Origin: Escherichia coli
GTDB lineage: Bacteria; Pseudomonadota; Gammaproteobacteria; Enterobacterales; Enterobacteriaceae
NCBI RefSeq assembly: GCF_003334765.1
Contig: NZ_QOWT01000001.1
Strand: one strand, 5' to 3'
Length of the DNA stretch: 64,000 nt
Position numbers and translations under genes: made by a program. The notes beneath the pieces are model-generated. The model had not been told where the DNA came from and did not search any database. It worked only from the letters and a program-made list of their open reading frames with translations. Below are positions 34,935 through 46,061 of this stretch, piece by piece. The first letter of the stretch is position 1. Each line of letters starts with the position of its first letter.

Positions 34935-35393
34935 TTATTGAGTTGAAACGAGAAGCTTATAAATTTTTTCCAGATCGTCGATATTTCGAACGCGGATTAA
35001 CAGCCGACGCTGTTCTAATTGCATCACCAACACGCCATCTTCCGACAAGTTCATCGCTTTGATTCGGCTATATTCAATCCAGACATTGGCGAAGAAAAAA
35101 CCTTTTTGTTTAAAGATGATCTTCGGAACGCGGATCCAGAATATATAAAAACCCATCAGAGCCAGTGCGCTTAATAACCATGTCGTTATTAACGCACCAT
35201 GATTCGTGACGTTGTTATAGATAAGAATGACAATCAATCCGACGAAGATAACGCTATCGATGCGACCACGCCGGAGCAAAGGAATTGCCAGCAGGGTGGG
35301 GCCGTTACGGCGGGGCATGATGAACTGATCGTAGATCGCGAAGGCCAGGAGTGCGGCGATGAAAAGAATCAGTACCAGGTCCGTGATTGTCAT
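34935..35393 (-). CDS. yobD: DUF986 inner-membrane protein YobD
   Basis: ORF 152 aa ([31 protein letters not shown]...). Confidence 0.88.
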
Positions 35394-35447
35394 TAATCCT
35401 CCAGATAAAAAAACGGGGCCAAAAGGCCCCGGTAGTGTACAACAGTC

Positions 35448-36308
35448 TTACAGTCCCAGCAGGCCGCAAGCGTAACCAGCGATACCGATGACGAAGAAGC
35501 CAACGATGATCCACAGCGGGTTAACTTTTTTGCGCAGTAGCCACATACAAGCAAAGGTCAGCAGCAGTGGTACCAGGCCTGGCATTAACTGGTCCAGAAT
35601 AGTCTGGACAGTAGTAACGTGTTCTTTGCCCGTCTGGTCAGTAATGCGAGAGACAACCAGCGGGATGTTGACATGTGTCCACTTGTTAACCAATGCCCCC
35701 ATGACAAACAGGCCGAGGATAGACGCCCCTTCCGTCAGTTTTTGCAGGAAGCCACCACCCATATCTTTAACGATATCGATACCTTTGGAGTAACCATACG
35801 CTACGCCGTAGTAACGGGTTGCCAGACGCACCAGGTTAAACAGGATGAAGAACAGCAGCGGACCTAACAGGCTGCCGCTCATCGCGATACCGGCACCCAG
35901 TGCTGCAAATACCGGACGTACGGTTCCCCAGAAGATCGGGTCGCCTACACCAGCCAGTGGCCCCATCAAACCGACTTTGATACCGTTGATAGCACCGTCG
36001 TCGATCTCTGCGCCATTAGCACGCTGTTCTTCCAGCGCCAGGGTTACGCCGAGAATCGGCGCAGCCACGAACGGCTGGGTGTTAAAGAACTCCAGGTGAC
36101 GGCGAATAGCTTGTTTACGAGCTTCGTTGTTCTCAGGGTAGAGGCGACGAATTGCCGGTACCATAGAGAAGCAGAAACCCAGTGCCTGCATACGTTCGAA
36201 GTTCCATGAACCCTGGAAGAGGTTAGAACGCAGGAAGACGCCACGAATATCACTTTGAGTGAGTTTTTTCTCGGTGGTAGTTTGAGTTGTATCAACCATT
36301 TCGCTCAC
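35448..36308 (-). CDS. manZ: mannose PTS enzyme IID
   Basis: ORF 286 aa (MSEMVDTTQTTTEKKLTQSDIRGVFLRSNLFQGSWNFERMQALGF...). Confidence 0.93.
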   Translation of the reverse strand: MSEMVDTTQTTTEKKLTQSDIRGVFLRSNLFQGSWNFERMQALGFCFSMVPAIRRLYPENNEARKQAIRRHLEFFNTQPFVAAPILGVTLALEEQRANGAEIDDGAINGIKVGLMGPLAGVGDPIFWGTVRPVFAALGAGIAMSGSLLGPLLFFILFNLVRLATRYYGVAYGYSKGIDIVKDMGGGFLQKLTEGASILGLFVMGALVNKWTHVNIPLVVSRITDQTGKEHVTTVQTILDQLMPGLVPLLLTFACMWLLRKKVNPLWIIVGFFVIGIAGYACGLLGL

Positions 36309-36311
36309 CTG

Positions 36312-37112
36312 TTAGTCCAGTTCGTTATCGAGATCGTTGTTACCAGCTGCCTGAGCAGGCGCACCGGCTACGCGGTTGTATTTCGGGCTAAGTTGGATGT
36401 AGAGCACTGCCATAACAGTACCAATCACACCCAGAGCAACCAGGTTAAAGTTGGTGAATGCTGCGGTTACGAAGCCGAGGTAGAAGAACGGCATCAGGTA
36501 GCCAGCACGCATCATGTTGATAACCATCGCATAACCAACCACCACGATCATGCCACCGGCGATATTCAGACCATTGGTCACCACTTCCGGAATCGCATTC
36601 AGCATGTTCTGTACTTCGCTGGTACCAACAGACAGCGCAACGATGACGGCCGGAATAGCCACACGCATTGCTTGCAGGAACAGAGAAGAAACGTGGATCC
36701 AGGAAATCGCTGTCAGGTTGCCGTTATCAGCAGCCTTATCCGCAGCGTGCTGGAAAGCAACGGTAATAGTACGAACGATGATGGTCAGTACCTGGCCCGC
36801 AGCGGCCAGAGGGATTGCCAGTGCGATACCTGCACCAATGCTCTGATGACCTGCGATAACCAGAATGGTAGAAATGATAGAAGCCAGAGCGGCGTCAGGC
36901 GCAACTGCAGCACCGATGTTCATCCAGCCCAGCGCGATCATTTCCAGCGTACCACCGATAATAATACCGGTTTTCATATCCCCAAGAACGATACCCACCA
37001 GGGTACACGCGATTAGCGGACGGTGAAACTGAAATTCATCGAGGATTGATCCCATACCTGCGATACAGGCTACGATAAATACCAGCACAATTTGAAGAGT
37101 GGTAATCTCCAT
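36312..37112 (-). CDS. manY: mannose PTS enzyme IIC
   Basis: ORF 266 aa, polytopic membrane protein (MEITTLQIVLVFIVACIAGMGSILDEFQFHRPLIACT...). Confidence 0.93.
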   Translation of the reverse strand: MEITTLQIVLVFIVACIAGMGSILDEFQFHRPLIACTLVGIVLGDMKTGIIIGGTLEMIALGWMNIGAAVAPDAALASIISTILVIAGHQSIGAGIALAIPLAAAGQVLTIIVRTITVAFQHAADKAADNGNLTAISWIHVSSLFLQAMRVAIPAVIVALSVGTSEVQNMLNAIPEVVTNGLNIAGGMIVVVGYAMVINMMRAGYLMPFFYLGFVTAAFTNFNLVALGVIGTVMAVLYIQLSPKYNRVAGAPAQAAGNNDLDNELD

Positions 37113-37174
37113 TGTACTTCTCCTGTTTACGTAAGACTTAAGTGTGAAAACTGAGTGATAATCAACACAATACG

Positions 37175-38146
37175 TTACTTATCGATTTTGCTGATCAGAT
37201 CCATCATTTTCAGTTTCGGATCGGTGGAAACCTTACGGACTTCCAGCTCAATACCGCGCGCATTCAGTTTCTTGAACGCCTCGATATCTTTTTCATCAAC
37301 CGAAACCGCGTTATTCACCTGGGTTTTACCCTGACGGAATGCCATACCACCGACGTTAACAGAGGTGATTTTCACGCCGCCTTCAACGAGACGCTCTACA
37401 TCTGTTGGGTTGGTAAATAACAGCATTACGCGTTCGCCAGCATATTTCGGGTTGTTGTAGACGCGAATCATTTTGGCAACATCAACTACGTGTGCTGTTA
37501 CGCCCGGAGGTGCAACCTGGGTGAGCAGTGTCTTACGAACGGTATCCGCAGCCACTTCATCACTAACAACAATAATACGGGAGACATTGGTTTCTTTGGT
37601 CCAGCGGGTGGCGACCTGACCGTGAATCAGACGGTCGTCGATACGCGCAAGGCCAATAACCATGTAGTCGTTTGGCCCCATTGGTTTTGCCGGAGTTGGA
37701 GCCGCTTTTGGTGCTGCGGCAGCGGGTGCTGGCGCGGCTTTTTCAACCGGTTTGGCTTTCAGTGCTTTCACGCCTTCACGGCCTGTTTCTACTGCCAGTG
37801 CCACCAGTTCATCAAAGCTTGGGTCATCATCACGGGCCATTAACGTTTCCACGAGCATTGGAATGTTAACGCCTGCAATGACTTCATAATGCTCTTTGTC
37901 GACGACAATGCGGCTGGCAGCATTGAACGGGCTGCCTCCCCATGTATCAACGAGAAACAGCACGCCTTTAGTGGTGTCGAGTTTTGCCAACTGAGCGTTG
38001 TACTTTTCAATCAGCGTTTCGGCATTTTCACCTGGAACGAAATCGATCCAGCCGACGTTTTCCTGCTCGCCTAACAGCATTTCTGCCGTTTTAAGCAACT
38101 GCTCTGCAGCCCAACCATGTGTGCCTATAACAATAGCAATGGTCAC
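37175..38146 (-). CDS. manX: mannose PTS enzyme IIAB
   Basis: ORF 323 aa (MTIAIVIGTHGWAAEQLLKTAEMLLGEQENVGWIDFVPGENAE...) with Ala/Pro-rich linker. Confidence 0.95.
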   Translation of the reverse strand: MTIAIVIGTHGWAAEQLLKTAEMLLGEQENVGWIDFVPGENAETLIEKYNAQLAKLDTTKGVLFLVDTWGGSPFNAASRIVVDKEHYEVIAGVNIPMLVETLMARDDDPSFDELVALAVETGREGVKALKAKPVEKAAPAPAAAAPKAAPTPAKPMGPNDYMVIGLARIDDRLIHGQVATRWTKETNVSRIIVVSDEVAADTVRKTLLTQVAPPGVTAHVVDVAKMIRVYNNPKYAGERVMLLFTNPTDVERLVEGGVKITSVNVGGMAFRQGKTQVNNAVSVDEKDIEAFKKLNARGIELEVRKVSTDPKLKMMDLISKIDK

Positions 38147-38608
38147 TTGCTACCTCCTTTATTATCGTTAACACCTCAACGTGCCAGATGTATTTTTGAA
38201 TCGTCGTCCACAATCGAATCGATTCAGATAAGGGCTACAACCAAAAACCCCTGCGTTTCGCGATTTATTTTAGATATCGAAAAAATTATTTTATGTGATG
38301 AAGATCCGTAATTTAACTTTCGATTAGCAGAAATTTCGAAAGGTAAAATATCCTTGTTACATTCGTTTGCAAAGGAAGGTAAATCTTTGCCAAATCAGAG
38401 GCGTCTCTGATATGTTTAACTCCCGTTTAACAACCATGGAGTATAGGGCAGTAGCCCGCAGTATGGATCGTCACCGACGTCATTTCAGCATCAGGCCTTT
38501 TAACGCCCGCCTTTCTGGCACTCTATGCCGCACCTTTCGTTTGCATTTTGTCGTTACGCCTGCATTATTTCTGGCGTCGAATAGCTATTCCTTAAGCAGG
38601 AGCTTGTC

Positions 38609-40165
38609 ATGGAATTCTTAATGGACCCCTCAATTTGGGCGGGGCTACTCACGCTTGTTGTTCTCGAAATTGTGCTGGGTATCGATAACCTGGTCTTCAT
38701 CGCCATTCTTGCTGACAAACTGCCGCCAAAACAACGCGATAAAGCGCGTTTGCTGGGGTTATCACTGGCGCTGATTATGCGTCTGGGGCTGCTGTCGCTG
38801 ATTTCATGGATGGTCACGCTGACCAAACCGCTATTTACCGTCATGGATTTCTCCTTCTCCGGACGCGACCTGATTATGTTGTTCGGGGGGATATTCTTGC
38901 TGTTCAAAGCAACAACCGAACTGCATGAACGGCTGGAAAACCGCGATCATGATTCCGGCCACGGTAAAGGCTACGCCAGTTTCTGGGTGGTCGTCACACA
39001 GATTGTCATCCTTGACGCCGTCTTCTCGTTGGATGCGGTAATTACTGCAGTAGGGATGGTTAACCATCTGCCGGTGATGATGGCGGCGGTAGTGATTGCG
39101 ATGGCGGTTATGTTGCTGGCATCCAAACCGCTGACGCGATTCGTTAACCAGCACCCCACGGTGGTGGTGCTCTGTCTGAGCTTCCTGTTAATGATTGGTC
39201 TGAGTCTGGTGGCAGAAGGTTTCGGTTTCCACATTCCGAAAGGTTACCTGTATGCCGCGATTGGCTTCTCGATCATCATCGAAGTGTTTAACCAGATTGC
39301 GCGTCGCAACTTTATTCGCCACCAGTCGACTTTGCCGCTGCGAGCGCGTACTGCCGATGCCATCCTGCGTTTGATGGGCGGGAAACGTCAGGCCAATGTT
39401 CAGCACGATGCCGATAACCCGATGCCGATGCCGATCCCGGAAGGTGCATTTGCCGAAGAAGAACGTTACATGATTAACGGCGTACTGACGCTGGCGTCGC
39501 GTTCTCTGCGCGGGATCATGACGCCGCGCGGTGAAATAAGCTGGGTTGACGCTAATCTCGGGGTCGATGAAATCCGCGAGCAACTGCTCTCTTCACCGCA
39601 CAGTCTGTTCCCGGTATGTCGCGGTGAACTGGATGAAATCATCGGTATTGTACGTGCTAAAGAACTGCTGGTGGCGCTGGAAGAGGGCGTTGATGTGGCG
39701 GCGATTGCTTCGGCGTCTCCGGCGATTATCGTCCCGGAAACCCTCGATCCGATCAACCTGTTGGGCGTGCTGCGTCGTGCTCGCGGGAGCTTTGTTATCG
39801 TGACCAACGAGTTTGGTGTGGTACAAGGTCTGGTCACGCCGCTGGATGTGCTGGAAGCCATTGCGGGTGAATTCCCGGACGCTGACGAAACGCCGGAAAT
39901 CATTACTGATGGTGACGGCTGGCTGGTAAAAGGCGGTACAGATTTGCATGCCTTGCAGCAGGCGCTTGATGTTGAGCACCTTGCCGATGACGATGATATC
40001 GCGACGGTCGCGGGCCTCGTGATCTCGGCAAATGGTCACATTCCCCGTGTGGGCGATGTGATTGATGTAGGGCCACTGCATATCACCATCATTGAAGCCA
40101 ATGATTATCGTGTTGATCTGGTTCGCATTGTTAAAGAGCAACCGGCGCACGATGAAGATGAGTAA
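38609..40165 (+). CDS. yoaE: TerC-family membrane protein with CBS pair and CorC/HlyC C-domain (UPF0053) YoaE
   Basis: ORF 518 aa ([40 protein letters not shown]...). Confidence 0.9.
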   Translation: MEFLMDPSIWAGLLTLVVLEIVLGIDNLVFIAILADKLPPKQRDKARLLGLSLALIMRLGLLSLISWMVTLTKPLFTVMDFSFSGRDLIMLFGGIFLLFKATTELHERLENRDHDSGHGKGYASFWVVVTQIVILDAVFSLDAVITAVGMVNHLPVMMAAVVIAMAVMLLASKPLTRFVNQHPTVVVLCLSFLLMIGLSLVAEGFGFHIPKGYLYAAIGFSIIIEVFNQIARRNFIRHQSTLPLRARTADAILRLMGGKRQANVQHDADNPMPMPIPEGAFAEEERYMINGVLTLASRSLRGIMTPRGEISWVDANLGVDEIREQLLSSPHSLFPVCRGELDEIIGIVRAKELLVALEEGVDVAAIASASPAIIVPETLDPINLLGVLRRARGSFVIVTNEFGVVQGLVTPLDVLEAIAGEFPDADETPEIITDGDGWLVKGGTDLHALQQALDVEHLADDDDIATVAGLVISANGHIPRVGDVIDVGPLHITIIEANDYRVDLVRIVKEQPAHDEDE

Positions 40166-40168
40166 GCG

Positions 40169-41767
40169 TTAACGTAACGGCATAATGGGCGTGATATGTC
40201 CATTATGCCGGGCGGGCGGCGGTTGGCTGCCCGCCAGCCATTTGGGAAAATCACGTAGCGGCATCGGCTGTGCGTACAAATACCCTTGCAAAATATGCAC
40301 GCCATGACGGCGCAAATACTTCGCCTGTTCTTGCGTTTCCACGCCCTCCGCCACCAGTTCAATATTCAGTCTTTGCCCCAGCGCGATGATGATATCGGTC
40401 ACCGTCGAGTTAACCGCGTCAGAACCTATAGCTGCGGTAAATGACTTATCAATTTTCAGCACGTCAGGACGTAATGTTTCAAGCCAGGAAAACGAGCTGT
40501 TGCCGGTGCCGAAGTCATCAATCGCCAGTTTGACGTTTTTACGATGCAGCTCGCGGGCAATCCGATAATCAACATCCAGTAAGGCATCGCGTTCGGTGAT
40601 TTCGAGGATCAGTTGCTGAATCGGGTGAGCGCTAAACCAGTACTGATTGAGATCTTTTATCAGCACACCACGGCGAAAATGGCTGGGTGCGACGTTAATG
40701 CCAACATGAAACTGACTACTCATCGGGAAAACATGGCGCTGACGAATGGTTTCTGCCATCACATAGCGGGTCAGTGGCACAATTAAATGATGTTCTTCCG
40801 CGATAGGAATAAACACATCCGGTGAAATCCAGCCCTGACGCGGATTGTTCCAGCGCAGCAAAATCTCTACACCAATACATTGCTGGCTGCGCGCATTAAG
40901 CAAAGGCTGACAGAACAATTCGAACTCATGTTGCGCCAGGCCCAGATTGATTTCGCGGGAAAAGCTCATTCGGTAAGCGGTCGCCAGCCAGGCGATGTAG
41001 CCCACCAGTAAACTTAGCAGCACCGCCAGCGGTAATTGTGTTGGAAGATAGTGCCATGCCAGCGCCGTAGCCCCCGGACCATTAACGTTAATGGTAAAAG
41101 GAAAGCGTTGCGAAGAAACCTGATAGTTTTCATTGTCTTCAGGTTGCGGAAGGGAATCTACCAGCCCATTACCATAGAGCAAATGCCGTTTGTCCACCGT
41201 CAGGCTGGCGCTACTGATTTGCGGCAGTTGTGGCTCAAGCAGCATTGCCGTCAGTAAGTCGATGTTAATCATCTCCATGACCCCAGCATTGCTACTGCCC
41301 GCTGCAGGCGTCCATTGAATCAAAACCGGACTGCCTTTAATCAGGGCACGGTCGATCGTCAGGCGTAAAAGTGGTTGCGGTGCAGGAAGTTCAGCCAGAA
41401 TGTCCACGACGGGCACATTGCGATAACCAAAAATGCTGGAGCAATAAAGTGTGCCGTCTTGCACCAGGCCAATGGATCGCACAGTTTGGAGTTTTGCCGC
41501 CTGTTTACGTAATGGCAAATGGGCGACAGAGCAGGGCAGACCAATCAGCGGAAGCAAGACTTCGCTACCTGCCTGTAGGGGAAGCAGTACTTTATCTAAT
41601 TCCTCTACAGCGTGATTGGCGAATTGTACTACCCGTTGTTGATTTAAGTTACGCTGTGAAATAAATCGCACGCTCAGGGTCGAAGCGAGCGTAACGAGTG
41701 CGCAAATCGTACAAACAATCATTCGATTACGACGATAGGTTTTAATGATCCGTTGTGCTTTTTGCAT
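40169..41767 (-). CDS. pdeD: c-di-GMP phosphodiesterase PdeD (YoaD), CSS-motif sensor plus EAL domain
   Basis: ORF-track frame 40169..41797; start placed at ATG 41765-41767 (MQKAQRIIKTYRRNRMIVCTICAL...) giving 532 aa; EAL signature (EITERDAL). Confidence 0.85.
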   Translation of the reverse strand: MQKAQRIIKTYRRNRMIVCTICALVTLASTLSVRFISQRNLNQQRVVQFANHAVEELDKVLLPLQAGSEVLLPLIGLPCSVAHLPLRKQAAKLQTVRSIGLVQDGTLYCSSIFGYRNVPVVDILAELPAPQPLLRLTIDRALIKGSPVLIQWTPAAGSSNAGVMEMINIDLLTAMLLEPQLPQISSASLTVDKRHLLYGNGLVDSLPQPEDNENYQVSSQRFPFTINVNGPGATALAWHYLPTQLPLAVLLSLLVGYIAWLATAYRMSFSREINLGLAQHEFELFCQPLLNARSQQCIGVEILLRWNNPRQGWISPDVFIPIAEEHHLIVPLTRYVMAETIRQRHVFPMSSQFHVGINVAPSHFRRGVLIKDLNQYWFSAHPIQQLILEITERDALLDVDYRIARELHRKNVKLAIDDFGTGNSSFSWLETLRPDVLKIDKSFTAAIGSDAVNSTVTDIIIALGQRLNIELVAEGVETQEQAKYLRRHGVHILQGYLYAQPMPLRDFPKWLAGSQPPPARHNGHITPIMPLR

Positions 41768-41897
41768 GCGGGCCACCCTGTAAGCGTATGGCGACAAACG
41801 CCTGACGCAACAGTGGAAGTGTAGTGGGGAATATTACAGCAGACGAGAAAGCGGGTATAAATTCGCCCATCCGTTGCAGATGGGCGAGTAAGAAGTA

Positions 41898-43262
41898 TTA
41901 GTCACACTGGACTTTGATTGCCAGACCACCGCGTGAGGTTTCGCGGTATTTGGCGTTCATGTCCTTACCGGTTTCGTACATCGTTTCGATGACCTTATCC
42001 AGCGAGACGCGCGGTGCACTGGTGCGGCGCAGAGCCATCCGCGCGGCGTTAATCGCCTTCACAGAGGCAATGGCATTACGCTCAATGCACGGCACCTGAA
42101 CCTGCCCTGCAACCGGGTCGCAGGTTAAACCAAGGTTGTGTTCCATGCCAATTTCCGCCGCCACGCAAACCTGTTCCGGGCTACCGCCCAGCAGTTCTGC
42201 AAGACCCGCAGCAGCCATTGAACAGGCAACACCCACTTCGCCCTGGCAACCAACTTCCGCACCGGAAATAGAGGCGTTCATTTTATACAATGCACCAATC
42301 GCGCCCGCTGCCATAAAGTAACGGGTATAGATGTCCGGGCTGACCGATTCAATAAAGTGGTCATAGTAAGCCAGCACTGCCGGAACGATACCGCAGGCAC
42401 CGTTGGTTGGCGCAGTTACCACACGACCACCGGCGGCGTTTTCTTCGTTAACTGCCAGCGCAAACATGTTTACCCAGTCAATGACATTCATCGGATCGTT
42501 AGACAGTTTATCGCTGGAAACCAGCATCCGGCGCAGGGCAGACGCACGACGTGGCACGCGCAGCGGGCCTGGCAGTACACCTTCGGTGTTCATCCCGCGA
42601 TCGATACATGCCTGCATGGTTTGCCAGACATGCGCGAAATACTCGTCGATCTCTTTCTTGCTGTGCAGCGCCAGTTCGTTCTGCATAGCGAGACCAGACA
42701 GCGAATAGCCGGTTTCATTACAGTACGCGAGCAGTTCGGTGGCAGATTTGAACGGATACGGCACGCTTACTTCGTTGGCAGCATCCTGACCAAAGTGTTC
42801 TTCATCGACGATAAAACCGCCGCCGATGGAATAATAAGTTTTGCTGTAGACGACTTCATCGCCGTTATAGGCGTGGATTTGCATACCGTTTTCATGCAGC
42901 GGCAGGTTGCCGTTATGAAAACGCATCCCGTTGTCGCGCGGGAAATCCACTTCATGCCGTCCCTGTGCCAGCAGCAGACGTTCGCGCTCTTCTACGTCGC
43001 GAATAAAACCGGGAATACTGTCGATATCCACGGTGGCAGGTTCGTTACCTGCAAGACCCATAATAATGGCGATATCGGTGTGGTGGCCTTTACCCGTCAG
43101 CGACAGTGAACCATAAACGTCCACGGCAACGCGAGTAACGCTATCCAGTAAGCCTTTTTCGACCAGATCATCGACGAACTGTTTACCTGCCTTCATAGGC
43201 CCTACGGTATGGGAAGATGAGGGACCAATCCCCACCTTAAACATGTCGAATAGACTAATCAC
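41898..43262 (-). CDS. sdaA: L-serine dehydratase 1
   Basis: ORF 454 aa ([37 protein letters not shown]...). Confidence 0.95.
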   Translation of the reverse strand: MISLFDMFKVGIGPSSSHTVGPMKAGKQFVDDLVEKGLLDSVTRVAVDVYGSLSLTGKGHHTDIAIIMGLAGNEPATVDIDSIPGFIRDVEERERLLLAQGRHEVDFPRDNGMRFHNGNLPLHENGMQIHAYNGDEVVYSKTYYSIGGGFIVDEEHFGQDAANEVSVPYPFKSATELLAYCNETGYSLSGLAMQNELALHSKKEIDEYFAHVWQTMQACIDRGMNTEGVLPGPLRVPRRASALRRMLVSSDKLSNDPMNVIDWVNMFALAVNEENAAGGRVVTAPTNGACGIVPAVLAYYDHFIESVSPDIYTRYFMAAGAIGALYKMNASISGAEVGCQGEVGVACSMAAAGLAELLGGSPEQVCVAAEIGMEHNLGLTCDPVAGQVQVPCIERNAIASVKAINAARMALRRTSAPRVSLDKVIETMYETGKDMNAKYRETSRGGLAIKVQCD

Positions 43263-43445
43263 GATAATACTCCTGACAAGGTGACTGGACTTCCAGTAAC
43301 GAACTAATAACAGCGCATAGTGTAAGAGGGAACGCGGCGACTGGCTTAACTATTCACATGAATTAAACTAATCAAAAACCGCGATTTAACTAATATTGCG
43401 ATGATTGTCTCAAGTAGTGTTTTGTAGATGTAAAGATAAGTATAG

Positions 43446-44024
43446 TCAGGGTTTCACACCAATTTGCAGCGCCAGCTCACGAATTATGCCTGCGGTCATT
43501 CCCCATACAAAATACTGTTCGTACCAGGACAGCCATACCCGATGTGAATCACCACGGCGGTAGATATCTAAAGGGTGATAACGACCCAGATGTAATGCCT
43601 GGGCGAGCGGCATTTCAAACACCGCCGAGACTTCATCTTCACTGGCGCGATACGGCAGATCGGGCGGGATAATGCCGACCACTGGGGTTACCTGGTAGCC
43701 AGTGACGCTATCGACGGGCGGCAGCACGCCGATAACTTCAACGGCGGAAGGCGGTATAGCGACCTCTTCTTCAGCTTCGCGCAGCGCGGCGGCGATAGCT
43801 GATGCGTCCGTGTCATCGACTGCACCTCCAGGGAATGCCACTTGTCCAGCGTGTTTACGCAGATGAATCGAACGCTGAGTCAGCAACAACCCCGGTTGCG
43901 GTCGACGGACGATGGGGATTAACACAGCAGCCTGACGATGATTTAGGGTTTCCCGGTTAATTTGCGGGCGCAAAAGTTGAAAGCGCGATAAAAAATCATC
44001 AAGCGTCAGGCTACGGTATTCCAC
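43446..44024 (-). CDS. nudL: Nudix hydrolase NudL (CoA pyrophosphatase-like)
   Basis: ORF 192 aa with Nudix box ([22 protein letters not shown]). Confidence 0.9.
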
Positions 44025-44027
44025 GTC

Positions 44028-45389
44028 TTACTTCTCCAGTTGCTTCAGGATACGATTAACTTTATCAAAAGTTTCCTGATATTCCGCTTCTTCCTGGCTA
44101 TCGGCGACAATTCCACCGCCCGCAGAGCAGAAAATTTGTCCGTTAATGGCAGTCAGCGTGCGGATAGTAATACTGGTATCCATGTTGCCGCAAAAGCTCA
44201 AATAGCCAATGCTGCCGCACCAGGCATTGCGTCGCTGCGGTTCCAGTTCGTCGATAATTTCCATAGCCCGTACTTTCGGAGCCCCGGTTATTGAGCCACC
44301 AGGAAAAGCTGCGCGCAGCAGATCGCTGGCGTGTAACTGTTCTGGTAGTTGCGCCGTTATGGTGCTGACCAGATGATGCACGGCAGGGAAGGGTTCCACC
44401 ACGAACAGCTCTGGTACTTTTACCGAACCTGCTACGGCAACACGACCGATATCATTACGCATTAAATCGACAATCATCAGATTTTCGGCACGATCTTTCG
44501 CTGAGTTCGCCAGTTTTACTGCTTGTTTGCTATCTTCCTGAGGATCGGGCAGGCGTGGTAGCGTGCCTTTAATCGGGCGGGTCTGGATTTCACTATTATC
44601 ACAAAGAATAAACCGCTCTGGCGAAAGGCTTAAAATTGCACCCTGTTCAAGACGTAAAAAAGCGCTAAATGGCGCGCGGTTGGCCTGATTAAGCTGAAGG
44701 AATGCCTGCCATTCATCGCCAGAATAGGTCGCATGAAAACGTTGGGCGAGATTCACCTGATAGCAATCACCGCTGTGCAGATATTCCTGTACCTGGCGAA
44801 ATTTTTCGCCGTACTGCTCGCGGGTCATATTGGATTGCCAGTCGGAAGTGAGCGTGAAATCTTCCTGCGGCGAGAATTGCTGGCTTTCCAGCCAGGCCCG
44901 ACGGGCATTGACATCATTATGACTCAGCAAAGAAACTGTATGACGCTGGTGGTCGACAATGAGCGCCCAATCGTAGATACCCACTGCCATATCCGGCAGA
45001 ACGATATCTTGTTCCGCAATTTCTGGCAGTGACTCAAAACGGCGGCCCAGATCGTAGCCAAACAACCCCAGTGCGCCGCCCTGAAATGGCAAATCTTCGT
45101 TATGCGTTGGGCGAATGTCTGCGCGATCCAGCACCTGCTGGAGCACCTGTAGCGGGTCATCAGTGGTCGTTGTGCGTTTTTCGCTTTCACTAACAACGGT
45201 TTCTTTACCGAAAGTGGTTAAAGTGCAAATCGGCTCGGCGACCACAATATCAAAGCGGCTATACGGATGATCGGCATAGCCGGAGTGTAAAAGCATCGCC
45301 CACGGCAGGTGGCTTAAGCGGGAGAAATAAAATTCAGCGGCGTCCTGACGCCAGGGTAAAGTAATCACAGCGGGAGATAACGTCTTCAT
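44028..45389 (-). CDS. pabB: aminodeoxychorismate synthase component I
   Basis: ORF 453 aa, chorismate-binding enzyme family (MKTLSPAVITLPWRQDAAEFYFSRLSHLPWAMLLHSG...). Confidence 0.93.
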   Translation of the reverse strand: MKTLSPAVITLPWRQDAAEFYFSRLSHLPWAMLLHSGYADHPYSRFDIVVAEPICTLTTFGKETVVSESEKRTTTTDDPLQVLQQVLDRADIRPTHNEDLPFQGGALGLFGYDLGRRFESLPEIAEQDIVLPDMAVGIYDWALIVDHQRHTVSLLSHNDVNARRAWLESQQFSPQEDFTLTSDWQSNMTREQYGEKFRQVQEYLHSGDCYQVNLAQRFHATYSGDEWQAFLQLNQANRAPFSAFLRLEQGAILSLSPERFILCDNSEIQTRPIKGTLPRLPDPQEDSKQAVKLANSAKDRAENLMIVDLMRNDIGRVAVAGSVKVPELFVVEPFPAVHHLVSTITAQLPEQLHASDLLRAAFPGGSITGAPKVRAMEIIDELEPQRRNAWCGSIGYLSFCGNMDTSITIRTLTAINGQIFCSAGGGIVADSQEEAEYQETFDKVNRILKQLEK

Positions 45390-45462
45390 CAGTCCTGACT
45401 CTACTGGCTATGTGCCGGGTAGCATGAAATAATTAGCGCCAACAATTTAGCAGGAGTTAACA

Positions 45463-45642
45463 ATGTTTGCAGGTTTACCTTCACTCACCCATGAACAGCA
45501 GCAAAAAGCTGTCGAGCGGATCCAGGAACTGATGGCACAAGGGATGAGCAGCGGCCAGGCAATCGCGCTGGTGGCAGAAGAGCTGCGTGCCAACCACTCC
45601 GGCGAGCGAATCGTGGCGCGTTTTGAGGATGAAGACGAGTAA
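45463..45642 (+). CDS. yoaH: UPF0181 small protein YoaH
   Basis: 59-aa ORF ([59 protein letters not shown]) with RBS AGGAG; not in ORF track (<60 aa). Confidence 0.85.
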
Positions 45643-45696
45643 CACACTAATCCGTATCGATTTCGTTATAGAAGCCGATGATCATTTGATTGTGAG

Positions 45697-45735
45697 AAAA
45701 AGGACGCTTTTTATATGTGATTAAAAGCGTCCTGA
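45697..45735. terminator. bidirectional hairpin between convergent yoaH and yoaC
   Basis: stem aaggacgctttt/aaaagcgtcct around an 11-nt loop, with flanking A/T runs. Confidence 0.55.
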
Positions 45736-45761
45736 CCCATTTATGCTGATATAAATTTAAC

Positions 45762-46061
45762 TCAGACCAGTGCTTTTAGTTCTTCCTGCATATATGTTGA
45801 AAAGTATTCAGGATTTTTAATCACAGAACGTTCACCTGTCTCCATTTTTTTTGCCCATCCAACCATTTTTTCCGTGAACCCAGGGTTCCAGCCTTCCTGG
45901 TCAGCTCGCGCCGTAATATCAGCGGCACTCGCGGGTACTCCCAGTTCTTTTAAATATTTAAAGATTCCCTTCGCCGTGCTTTCATTCATCGAACTTGGTG
46001 TTGGCGCTGATACATCCATGGCACCAATGAAATCCAGGGCTTTATCTATTACAGCAGGCAT
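45762..46061 (-). CDS. yoaC: DUF1889 protein YoaC
   Basis: ORF-track frame 45762..46121; start placed at ATG 46059-46061 (MPAVIDKALDFIGAMDVSAP...), which has an AAGGAT RBS 7 nt upstream; 99 aa. Confidence 0.75.
   Translation of the reverse strand: MPAVIDKALDFIGAMDVSAPTPSSMNESTAKGIFKYLKELGVPASAADITARADQEGWNPGFTEKMVGWAKKMETGERSVIKNPEYFSTYMQEELKALV

Noticed and set aside
36255-37016. 253-aa plus-strand ORF antisense to manZ/manY; 250-aa ORF 42357-43109 antisense to sdaA; 185-aa ORF 39593-40150 antisense to yoaE; 163-aa ORF 60282-60773 antisense to yeaR-yoaG.
   Set aside because: All are opposite-strand shadows of recognised genes with skewed His/Arg/Cys-rich composition.
38147-38340. CRP and Mlc operators in the manX promoter.
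   Set aside because: These are known to exist for manXYZ, but I could only find a weak TGTGA-N6-TCC half-match and could not place the sites confidently, so none is listed as a feature.
38367-38621. 84-aa plus-strand ORF in the yoaE leader, running into the yoaE start.
   Set aside because: Arg/Ser-rich translation, no convincing RBS, out of frame with yoaE; treated as untranslated leader.
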